DNA of 11,058 nt from an uncultured virus (IMG/VR IMGVR_UViG_2049941000_000011) (Duplodnaviria; Heunggongvirae; Uroviricota; Caudoviricetes): IMG/VR virus record IMGVR_UViG_2049941000_000011; one strand, given 5' to 3'. Below, in pieces: positions 1 to 6,737 of this stretch. Position 1 is the first letter of the stretch; each line of letters starts with the position of its first letter. The notes beneath the pieces are model-generated. The model was not told where the DNA came from and made no database searches. It saw nothing but the letters and a program-made list of their open reading frames with translations. The translations under genes were made by a program, and so were the position numbers.

Positions 1-231
1 CTCCATATTAACTAAGTCATTGTAAGTATTTTCATCGATATAATATCGCATAAATTTACCACCACAATCAACCTCTATCCAGTATTCGTTTGTACTATAC
101 TTAGACTCTTCTCCCGATGGCTTTGCTATGAATGCTATTCTTGATTCTTTTCTTATCTTGATGATATAATCAGGATTTATATGTTCCCGTGAATATGTTT
201 CATAATTCGTAGCTGTAATAAATTTCTTCAT
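1..231 (-). CDS. Hypothetical protein, partial (runs off the left edge; at least 77 aa)
   Basis: Not in the ORF track; translated by hand from ATG at 231: MKKFITATNYETYSREHINPDYIIKIRKESRIAFIAKPSGEESKYSTNEYWIEVDCGGKFMRYYIDENTYNDLVNME..., open to position 1. Weak SD (GAAGGA) upstream. Co-oriented with all neighbours. Confidence 0.75.
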   Translation of the reverse strand, partial: MKKFITATNYETYSREHINPDYIIKIRKESRIAFIAKPSGEESKYSTNEYWIEVDCGGKFMRYYIDENTYNDLVNME

Positions 232-258
232 ATTTATTTATATATCCTTCTAGAGATA

Positions 259-825
259 TTAGGCGGCGGCGGGAGTGCCGGAGTCGTTGAAGTTGTCGTC
301 TTTTGGAGGAGCTTTTTTGTCCTCTTTTTTATTATTAGATGGGGGCGTCGGAGCGGCGATATCATCGTCTATATTCTCGATGTCTTCAATAGGAATGATG
401 TCTATTGCTGTTGTTAAGAAGTCTTCATCGGACATGCCATCTGGAGAGAGATGGAGATGAAGCTTAATAGAAGCAGATTTCAGAAAATCGAGAAGGTCCT
501 TGAGAATATAGAGCACCTCTGCATAGGAAGCGGAGAAAAGATCACCTGGATTGGAGAAGTCCTCTCGGTTGATAATTTCGGCTTGCTGAGAGAGATGGAA
601 ATTGATGTCCGCGCGGCAAATTGTGCGTGCTGTGGCGGAGTAAGAAATTCTGTAAGTAGTACCCCAAAAGCTATACTTATAAAAGTTGACTGTACTATCG
701 CTGTCGGTAGCAATATCGAAGTCGTAATCGTTGAGAAAACGGGAGGATAGCTCGAGGACGAGAGGATCTTTAAGAAGCTCTTCATCCTTAATGCCGAAAC
801 GCTTATCTTTGGTAATATCTGACAT
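259..825 (-). CDS. Acidic hypothetical protein (188 aa) with Pro/Lys/Asp low-complexity C-terminal tail
   Basis: Long ORF, GAGG SD about 10 nt upstream, Asp/Glu-rich, disordered-looking tail AAPTPPSNNKKEDKKAPPKDDNFND. Confidence 0.85.
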   Translation of the reverse strand: MSDITKDKRFGIKDEELLKDPLVLELSSRFLNDYDFDIATDSDSTVNFYKYSFWGTTYRISYSATARTICRADINFHLSQQAEIINREDFSNPGDLFSASYAEVLYILKDLLDFLKSASIKLHLHLSPDGMSDEDFLTTAIDIIPIEDIENIDDDIAAPTPPSNNKKEDKKAPPKDDNFNDSGTPAAA

Positions 826-830
826 TGTGA

Positions 831-1052
831 TTAGTCCTCATCGTCAACATCGTAGTAGTCATCATCGGTGCCTGGGAAGACGAATGCTTTCTTAATGGAA
901 TAGAAGGTATCAGAATTAATTTCAAGTACCTCATCTGTGGAAAGAATTACTTCATATCCGTTGCCTAAATCTGCAAGGGCGGAAACGTCTTCAAGTGTGA
1001 ATGATACTGAGGTGTGAGAGGCGGTGTAGCCTGTGAATATTTTTGTTGACAT
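831..1052 (-). CDS. Small acidic hypothetical protein (73 aa), possible FlbD-like beta fold
   Basis: Start moved to MSTKIF (ATG at 1052) because AGGAG lies at 1063-1067. Acidic tail DDDYYDVDDED. Confidence 0.75.
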   Translation of the reverse strand: MSTKIFTGYTASHTSVSFTLEDVSALADLGNGYEVILSTDEVLEINSDTFYSIKKAFVFPGTDDDYYDVDDED

Positions 1053-1071
1053 AATGAGTTGTCTCCTTTTT

Positions 1072-1260
1072 TTATTGGTCAAGATCTTCATCTATAAAGC
1101 AACGAGTACAAGGGGAGCTGTTCTCTGCGAAAAGCTCGGCTATTGCAATTTGTTCATCTGTGTGAGCATCGACATTTTCGGGCCCATAGAGGAACTCAGA
1201 GAAGCTCTTGGGGGAAGTTTTCTTTTTGGTCTTTTTAACTTTCTTTTTTAATAGTGACAT
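1072..1260 (-). CDS. Small hypothetical protein (about 62 aa); basic N-terminus, acidic C-terminus with CxxC
   Basis: Start moved to MSLLKKK (ATG at 1260; alternative 1266), GAGG at 1271-1274, just after the upstream stop at 1281. Contains PCTRC. Confidence 0.65.
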   Translation of the reverse strand: MSLLKKKVKKTKKKTSPKSFSEFLYGPENVDAHTDEQIAIAELFAENSSPCTRCFIDEDLDQ

Positions 1261-1280
1261 ATACATATTTCCTCGATAAA

Positions 1281-1748
1281 TTACCTTGTTGCATTTGCGA
1301 CAGTTTTTGTAGTGACTTTGCAACAAAGATTGTCGTAGGTGGTGTCGCGATCGTGTTGATTTGCACCAAACCAGACAATTCTAAATGGTTGGTCGCCTGT
1401 GTTGAAGAAGAACTTAATTCCATATGTCATTTGATCGTTGTAGACTTTATCAATTTTCTTCATTCCAGAGACTTTATTATAAACAATTTGAACGCCCTTG
1501 ATGTATGTTTGCGCTTCTTGGCAAGTTGCGTTCGCAGGGGCAGGAGCTTGTCTAGAAGGAACTGGGGCGGATACAGTTGGGAAGGCGTCTTCACTTTCTG
1601 CACGTTCCCAGAAATCTTGCTTTTTAGTTCCGTGTTTTGAATAATGTCCCTTGTGCTTTACTTTATTCTCTTTTTTTCTGAACTTTGTAAAGTGGGATTC
1701 TTCGTTATAATCATCATACATATCTTCGTAGTCATTAAACTTTGACAT
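1281..1748 (-). CDS. Hypothetical protein (155 aa); charged disordered N-half, Pro/Ala linker, beta-rich C-terminal domain
   Basis: ORF with AAGGAG upstream; fits the operon packing. Confidence 0.8.
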   Translation of the reverse strand: MSKFNDYEDMYDDYNEESHFTKFRKKENKVKHKGHYSKHGTKKQDFWERAESEDAFPTVSAPVPSRQAPAPANATCQEAQTYIKGVQIVYNKVSGMKKIDKVYNDQMTYGIKFFFNTGDQPFRIVWFGANQHDRDTTYDNLCCKVTTKTVANATR

Positions 1749-1751
1749 AAA

Positions 1752-1991
1752 TTATTTATCGTTCTCCTTTGAAGGTGTATTGGTGGACCAAGGTACTCTT
1801 CGGCCAAATGCGGAAGCAAGCTTTTTAATGAGATTCATACGAGCATCGGCAGCAGTAGGTCCACATTTTTTGCAAGTATTACAAACATCTAGATTGTGAG
1901 TCAAGGCGCAAACTAATTTGCCATATAAAGAACTATTATCTGTTGTGTCTGTCTTTTGTTTACTATTATGCTTATTTGATTCAGTAACCAT
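1752..1991 (-). CDS. Small hypothetical protein (79 aa) with Cys cluster (C-x8-CxxCxxC)
   Basis: ORF fills the space between neighbours; AAGGA upstream; motif CALTHNLDVCNTCKKC. Confidence 0.7.
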   Translation of the reverse strand: MVTESNKHNSKQKTDTTDNSSLYGKLVCALTHNLDVCNTCKKCGPTAADARMNLIKKLASAFGRRVPWSTNTPSKENDK

Positions 1992-2006
1992 TTTGGATAG
2001 TTTTCC

Positions 2007-2915
2007 TTAAAGTATAGAGAATCCGCCATCTGGGAATTTGACATATTTAATCTTGACATCGCCTTTTGCGATATCATCTTTTAAATAATTGTCAATATTA
2101 GACTTATGAATTTTAATCATGCTGTCTTCAACGTATTGTGGATCACTCCAATGTTGATGATTCTTATTATCTGCCCAAGAAAAGCTCATTTCGTGGTTTT
2201 CATCAACTCTATTGATAAGTTTATAGTAATAATATTCCTCATCTGATTTTACAGGCTCAGAGGGGATATTTTCATAGCAAGTTCTTTCGTCAATCTTATA
2301 AAGAAGATAATCTCTACAAACTTCTAAATAATGATTTGCTAATTCTTTGTCATAATAATCTTTCATACCGATGTGACCATATTGAAGACCACTCTTGTAG
2401 TGTTCATCGACGTATGATTCTTGTGAAACGTAAACGACAGACTTTCCATCTTCTTTGTTAAAATATCCCATTGTAACAATATATGGATAATATTTAATTA
2501 AGTCTAATATTGTTTCGAAATGAATTTCTACGGTAATATCTACACCGCCTTCCTTTTTAAGTTTAGCAGGAGTGTATTCTTCTTTATAATATATATAAGT
2601 GTAGGTTGTTTTTTCTTTGTGGCCGCCCCGTACTCTTTTGTCTGGAACAGTCTCTACGTGCTTAACGATATCGAAGAATGGACAGTGTTCTTTAACGAAG
2701 TCTTGATTGTACTCGTTAACCTCTGCAATGTGTTGTCTTTGATATAAAACACCACCTGTTTGTTTCTTAAAAGCTAAGAAATCTTTCATCTCATCGGAAT
2801 AATAAACATGAACATCAGGATCTCCAAACTTAACTGGTTTACCATTTTTATCATAATATCCGCCGCAACCACCGATGTGGTCTGCTAAATCACATTTGCC
2901 TGAATATTTGCTCAT
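2007..2915 (-). CDS. Hypothetical phage-type protein (302 aa)
   Basis: Start moved to MSKYSGKCDLADH (ATG at 2915) with AAGGAG at 2925-2930. Long Tyr/Lys-rich ORF; no function recognised. Confidence 0.85.
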   Translation of the reverse strand: MSKYSGKCDLADHIGGCGGYYDKNGKPVKFGDPDVHVYYSDEMKDFLAFKKQTGGVLYQRQHIAEVNEYNQDFVKEHCPFFDIVKHVETVPDKRVRGGHKEKTTYTYIYYKEEYTPAKLKKEGGVDITVEIHFETILDLIKYYPYIVTMGYFNKEDGKSVVYVSQESYVDEHYKSGLQYGHIGMKDYYDKELANHYLEVCRDYLLYKIDERTCYENIPSEPVKSDEEYYYYKLINRVDENHEMSFSWADNKNHQHWSDPQYVEDSMIKIHKSNIDNYLKDDIAKGDVKIKYVKFPDGGFSIL

Positions 2916-2928
2916 CTTATATATCTCC

Positions 2929-3294
2929 TTATTTTCTAACATAATATTTCTTCCACTCTTTATTTAAATAATCATCGAGTGTAGGATAATCTTTTTTAAA
3001 CTCTTGAACGCAGCGTTCACATTCTTCTTCTGTACGGGCGATTCCAGCATAATATCCAGGAGTGCAGAAGTCCTCGTAATCTCTTATTGCGTCTTCTTTA
3101 GAACGGCGCATTGTATAATCACTGATATTCCAGCTTTCTGTATACTTTTTATAATCATTATTATTTACACAGAAATTGAGGTCGTCCTTTAATTTTCTTC
3201 TAAGTCTTCTATTCGCCTTGGCTTTAGCTTCCGCACAAGAATTGCGGCCAGTTTTGTCTTTAATGATAGGATTCTTTTTAACAGATCTACTCAT
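2929..3294 (-). CDS. Basic hypothetical protein (121 aa), MSRS-x-KK-x-P...ANRR-x-RR...SW-x-I-x-DY...YYxRK type
   Basis: AGGAG SD and a promoter directly upstream. The pattern resembles a small basic protein family I recall from phages and Firmicutes (from memory, not searched). Confidence 0.85.
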   Translation of the reverse strand: MSRSVKKNPIIKDKTGRNSCAEAKAKANRRLRRKLKDDLNFCVNNNDYKKYTESWNISDYTMRRSKEDAIRDYEDFCTPGYYAGIARTEEECERCVQEFKKDYPTLDDYLNKEWKKYYVRK

Positions 3295-3317
3295 AATACT
3301 TTCTCCTAGTTACTATA

Positions 3318-3346
3318 ATTATATATGGATTTATAATAATATGCAA
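3318..3346 (-). promoter_or_regulatory. Sigma70/sigmaA-like promoter P1
   Basis: Minus strand TTGCAT-ATTATTATAAATCCATA(17 nt)-TATAAT, in an intergenic gap, followed by AGGAG and ATG at 3294. Confidence 0.75.
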
Positions 3347-3347
3347 G

Positions 3348-3572
3348 TTATTTTTCTAACTTGCGAATTAAAGGTTGGAACCCCCAGAACGATCCCCACA
3401 TGACAAGGAAGATGATGAGGATGTCCAATAATGTAAATTGAACAGCTGAACTGATGATGAAGAATGTTGCAATGTTTAAGAGTAAACATGACACAACGAT
3501 CCATCCAAAGATGCCCATGTTTTTTAAAGTGGCTTTGAATTTTGCAAGAGCTGTCATAATTTTAGTTAGCAT
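3348..3572 (-). CDS. Small membrane protein (74 aa), two predicted TM helices
   Basis: Strong SD AGGAGGT. Basic N-terminus, hydrophobic segments GIFGWIVVSCLLLNIATFFII and FTLLDILIIFLVMWGSFWGF, short basic C-tail. Confidence 0.8.
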   Translation of the reverse strand: MLTKIMTALAKFKATLKNMGIFGWIVVSCLLLNIATFFIISSAVQFTLLDILIIFLVMWGSFWGFQPLIRKLEK

Positions 3573-3597
3573 TGGTTTTTACCTCCTAATATAAAAC

Positions 3598-3645
3598 GAA
3601 TAAAATGATTATTTTATTCATATATATTTCACTATTTTTTCACTA
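3598..3645. promoter_or_regulatory. Putative operator-like region: 9-bp inverted repeat plus 8-bp direct repeat
   Basis: GAATAAAAT-gatt-ATTTTATTC (3598-3619); TTTCACTA at 3627-3634 and 3638-3645. All lie upstream of the membrane-protein gene. Confidence 0.35.
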
Positions 3646-3888
3646 ATTATTTCCATCTAAATTCAATACAGCATCCAAATCTACAATCTTCGAGCCATTT
3701 TCTAATGCCTGTGCAATTGTTTTCAATATTTTATCAATGCCTTCTGGCGTTATATTATTAGGAAGATCCATTTGTATTGTGCTACGATTATACATTCCGA
3801 AGCCCAACTTTTTATTTTTAACTATGCCAACACCGCATACATTATTAGGGTCAACCTTTAGAAGGCGTTCATTCATTTTAATTGTCAT
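3643..3888 (-). CDS. Hypothetical protein (81 aa)
   Basis: AAGGAG at 3898-3903, ATG at 3888, TAG stop. Confidence 0.8.
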   Translation of the reverse strand: MTIKMNERLLKVDPNNVCGVGIVKNKKLGFGMYNRSTIQMDLPNNITPEGIDKILKTIAQALENGSKIVDLDAVLNLDGNN

Positions 3889-3909
3889 TGTCTTAATCTC
3901 CTTTAAAAA

Positions 3910-4170
3910 TTATATCTTTTTTACATAAATAAATTTGGAATGACTGCCATAGTCATACCAATGTTGATCTGGATTGTCATAAGCGATACATCTTAAACAA
4001 TATCGAATATCAACTTCAAATTTTTTCTTCTCAATTTCGGTTAAAATATTCAATTCGGCAATCGAGTCAATATTTTCAGCTTCAACTATTTTTTCATCAA
4101 TGATATCTTTTTCTTTAATATCTTCTTGGCATACACATCCTACATACCATATAACTTTATATTTATTCAT
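3910..4170 (-). CDS. Hypothetical protein (86 aa)
   Basis: AGGAGG SD and promoter P2 directly upstream; C-terminal WYDYGSHS motif. Confidence 0.85.
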   Translation of the reverse strand: MNKYKVIWYVGCVCQEDIKEKDIIDEKIVEAENIDSIAELNILTEIEKKKFEVDIRYCLRCIAYDNPDQHWYDYGSHSKFIYVKKI

Positions 4171-4190
4171 ACAGTCCTCCTGTCATATTT

Positions 4191-4219
4191 ATTATATTAG
4201 GATTTATATAATTTGTAAA
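4191..4219 (-). promoter_or_regulatory. Sigma70/sigmaA-like promoter P2
   Basis: Minus strand TTTACA-AATTATATAAATCCTAA(17 nt)-TATAAT, followed by AGGAGG and ATG at 4170. Confidence 0.75.
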
Positions 4220-4289
4220 TGATTTTAATTAACTAGCCACTGTTGTCTATTTATTTACTTATTCGCGATTAAATGGACACTAATGTCTA

Positions 4290-4613
4290 TTAATATTCTA
4301 ATAATTCACCAGTCGTGCCACAAATTAACTCATCATTATAATAAATATCTACCACTCGAGTATACCAGCCATTTTGACTTGAATAACAAGGTACATAATA
4401 CATTTTACCTGGGTTGCCAAATCTGAACCCATGTTTTGTAGGTTCAAAAGTTAAAGGTTCACTGAAATCCTCNNNNNNNNNNTCGACACCAGTGTCTTCT
4501 AGCTGTGTGAAGTCTGCATAATTATATTCGCAGCAATCCTGTTCGTGATCAAAAGTAATTTTAGAACCGTTGTCGAATAGAATTGATTTGAGTGTAATAG
4601 ATTTAATTTTCAT
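4290..4613 (-). CDS. Conserved phage-type hypothetical protein with H-x-QDCCE and NG(W/Y)Y motifs (interrupted by a 10-N gap)
   Basis: Motifs HEQDCCE and CYSSQNGWY match a phage DUF-type family I recall (DUF7448-like; from memory). Overlaps the upstream gene end; gap at 4473-4482. Confidence 0.75.
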   Translation of the reverse strand: MKIKSITLKSILFDNGSKITFDHEQDCCEYNYADFTQLEDTGVXXXXEDFSEPLTFEPTKHGFRFGNPGKMYYVPCYSSQNGWYTRVVDIYYNDELICGTTGELLEY

Positions 4614-4959
4614 TCCTCTGCCTCCAATGATAATGGTCTTTTATCCATTTTATATATTCTTTTTCAGGTAATCCTACAGATTGTAAACAAGTTATTTGTA
4701 TATCGTGATATTTACAATGAGCGTTTATTATTTTAAACCTGGATTCCCAATCTTTTTCTGTGAAAGTAAAATCAATAACTTTTTTATCTTCATAAGCGAG
4801 CCAATATGTTAATCTATGTATTCCAACTACATCTAAATCTATACGGAAATATCTACCATTATTATCTGGTAATTCTCTTTCTTTTGCTAAAATAACTTCA
4901 TCTGTCCAAGTATCGTGATAAAAATCATTATTTAAAATAAAGGAATTATCTATTTTCAT
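4603..4959 (-). CDS. Hypothetical protein (118 aa)
   Basis: ATGA overlap with the upstream gene (4956-4959), GAGGT SD. Confidence 0.8.
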   Translation of the reverse strand: MKIDNSFILNNDFYHDTWTDEVILAKERELPDNNGRYFRIDLDVVGIHRLTYWLAYEDKKVIDFTFTEKDWESRFKIINAHCKYHDIQITCLQSVGLPEKEYIKWIKDHYHWRQRNEN

Positions 4960-5597
4960 TCTTCAACCTCTATATAACACCAACTTTTAGGCGCATTTTC
5001 CATTCTAGGAACGTAACCATATCCGCCTTTTATTGGAACAACTAATTGTTGTCCATCATCACTTATATGTGTGTCTTTTGCAAAATTCCATTTGTTATAT
5101 TTCCAAGGACATCTCTTAAAAAAATCTTTCAATTCCTTCGATTTGTCAAAGGTTTCTAATTTTGAAATGTGAATAGCATAGCCAACAACTTCTCCGTTTG
5201 AATGCTTATACCCAAAGTAATTCAATAAATCCCAATTATCTAAACAACATTTTTTAACAAAATCTTGTGCTAGTAAAGTGTCGGTATCATAAATATAATC
5301 ATATCCAACACCAGTGTCTAATTTTGCTTGTGCGATTTCTTCTACCTTATCGCACCAAAATCTCGCAAGAACTAAACCATTATGACAACATTCTTTCAAA
5401 ACCTTGTTGTGCTTAATAGAAACCCACTTATCTTTGGCAACATGTAAGCCCTCTTTGTCATCTTTAGTGCAATAAATATACACCCAGCCAACATAATTTT
5501 TAAGGAAAGTTTTTCTAACAAGAATTGATTGAATTAGGTTTAATATATTTGCGCACTCTTTAGGTTTTGCAGGGATCATAATTGCTGTATTTTTCAT
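4956..5597 (-). CDS. ASCH/PUA-like domain protein, phage type, with degenerate signature motif
   Basis: Pattern AIMIPAKPKECANILN...VRKT...VYIYCTK...NGLVLARFWCDKV...GYAIHISKL...PKSWCYIE matches phage ASCH-like proteins. TAATG coupling to the upstream ORF. Confidence 0.75.
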   Translation of the reverse strand: MKNTAIMIPAKPKECANILNLIQSILVRKTFLKNYVGWVYIYCTKDDKEGLHVAKDKWVSIKHNKVLKECCHNGLVLARFWCDKVEEIAQAKLDTGVGYDYIYDTDTLLAQDFVKKCCLDNWDLLNYFGYKHSNGEVVGYAIHISKLETFDKSKELKDFFKRCPWKYNKWNFAKDTHISDDGQQLVVPIKGGYGYVPRMENAPKSWCYIEVEE

Positions 5598-5764
5598 TAT
5601 TCTTTCCCCTTTAACTGTTCTAAAGCTTCTCTAATAAGATCGACATCATTCCAGTGAAATTCAACATCAACGCAGACAGGTAAATCACATACAAAATCTT
5701 CATAAGATACTAGAGCATCTGTTAATCTATCTAACGCTTCTAATGCTTTAACTGCTTTATCCAT
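5597..5764 (-). CDS. Small hypothetical protein (55 aa), absent from the ORF track
   Basis: Hand translation MDKAVKALEALDRLTDALVSYEDFVCDLPVCVDVEFHWNDVDLIREALEQLKGKE*. SD AGGAGGG at 5776-5782; its TAA overlaps the next ATG (TAATG). Confidence 0.8.
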   Translation of the reverse strand: MDKAVKALEALDRLTDALVSYEDFVCDLPVCVDVEFHWNDVDLIREALEQLKGKE

Positions 5765-5780
5765 TATTCTTCTATCCCTC

Positions 5781-6737
5781 CTATTCGGTTTTTTTCGACT
5801 CGGTTTCGTCCGAGTTATCTTTTACATCGTGTCCAGTAATATCTTTATATTTTCCAAATATAAGTTTTTCGTTGTATTCTTCAAGAGCATTACTTGTTAT
5901 AAGTTCTCCGCAAACGGGACAATGAGCTTCTTTAATTTCGACCCCATCAATAGGCACACCTTTAACGACTGTTGCATAAGGTCTTTTAGTAACTACACCA
6001 ACAACGAATTCATCACAGTGTGGGCAGAAGCCTGAAGCAACTTCATGTTCAGAAGGATTTTCTGGATATTCTTCCTTATATTCTTCCTTCCAATCTTTTA
6101 TTGCCTTATTAATCAATTGTCTGTCGTTTTCAGATAATGGCTCGAGATCCACCTTATTTTCAATAGCTATTGGATCATAATCCTGGCTCATTACTGTTTC
6201 AATAGCAGATTTTTTAGCTCTGCCACAAGGATACATTTCTGTACACTTACCATTACGATATTCGCACAAAGGAACAAGGACATCTTTCATATAAGGAGCA
6301 ACTTTAATTACTTCATCGCGAATCATTTGCATAACGCGTCTCGTTTCTACACTTGCTTGTGAGCAAAGTCTCTTATGAGCCATAAAAATAAGCTCTTGTG
6401 CGTTAACAGACATAATATGACTTACAAATTGTCCTTGAGGAGCTTTATTTCTATCATAATTAGATTGTCTGTCATTTCTTTGCGTCATAACATAATGATT
6501 AACTCCGATATGATGTCTAACAAAATGTACAGATACCCAGTAAGGAATATTCATTTTGATACCGAACCATAATTCTCTCGCAGGAGAATGTTCGGCTTCA
6601 ACTAATTTTTTAATCCACTCTTCAGTAGGAGCTTTTGTGGATGTCTTTCCAACTGTATTTAATGTACAAGTTTTTACCCACATGAGGTCTTTTTCATCAG
6701 GATATTTTAATAATTCAACTTTAATTTCGTCTTTCAT
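5781..6737 (-). CDS. thyX: FAD-dependent thymidylate synthase ThyX with C-terminal extension carrying an MqsA/YgiT-like zinc ribbon (318 aa)
   Basis: Start MKDEIKVELL (ATG at 6737, GGAG at 6743-6746). Motifs EAEHSPARE, HFVRHHIGVNHYVMTQRNDR (RHR-x7-S-x-R variant), RLCSQASVETR, CEYRNGKCTE-x3-CG. Extension contains CPHC...CPVCGE. Confidence 0.88.
   Translation of the reverse strand: MKDEIKVELLKYPDEKDLMWVKTCTLNTVGKTSTKAPTEEWIKKLVEAEHSPARELWFGIKMNIPYWVSVHFVRHHIGVNHYVMTQRNDRQSNYDRNKAPQGQFVSHIMSVNAQELIFMAHKRLCSQASVETRRVMQMIRDEVIKVAPYMKDVLVPLCEYRNGKCTEMYPCGRAKKSAIETVMSQDYDPIAIENKVDLEPLSENDRQLINKAIKDWKEEYKEEYPENPSEHEVASGFCPHCDEFVVGVVTKRPYATVVKGVPIDGVEIKEAHCPVCGELITSNALEEYNEKLIFGKYKDITGHDVKDNSDETESKKTE

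Noticed and set aside
4238..4291. Mini CRISPR array
   Set aside because: Only two 14-bp imperfect copies, too short, not palindromic, no cas genes; kept only as a low-interest repeat.
5781..6030. Complete MqsRA-type toxin-antitoxin module
   Set aside because: No HTH follows the zinc ribbon and no adjacent toxin gene is recognisable.
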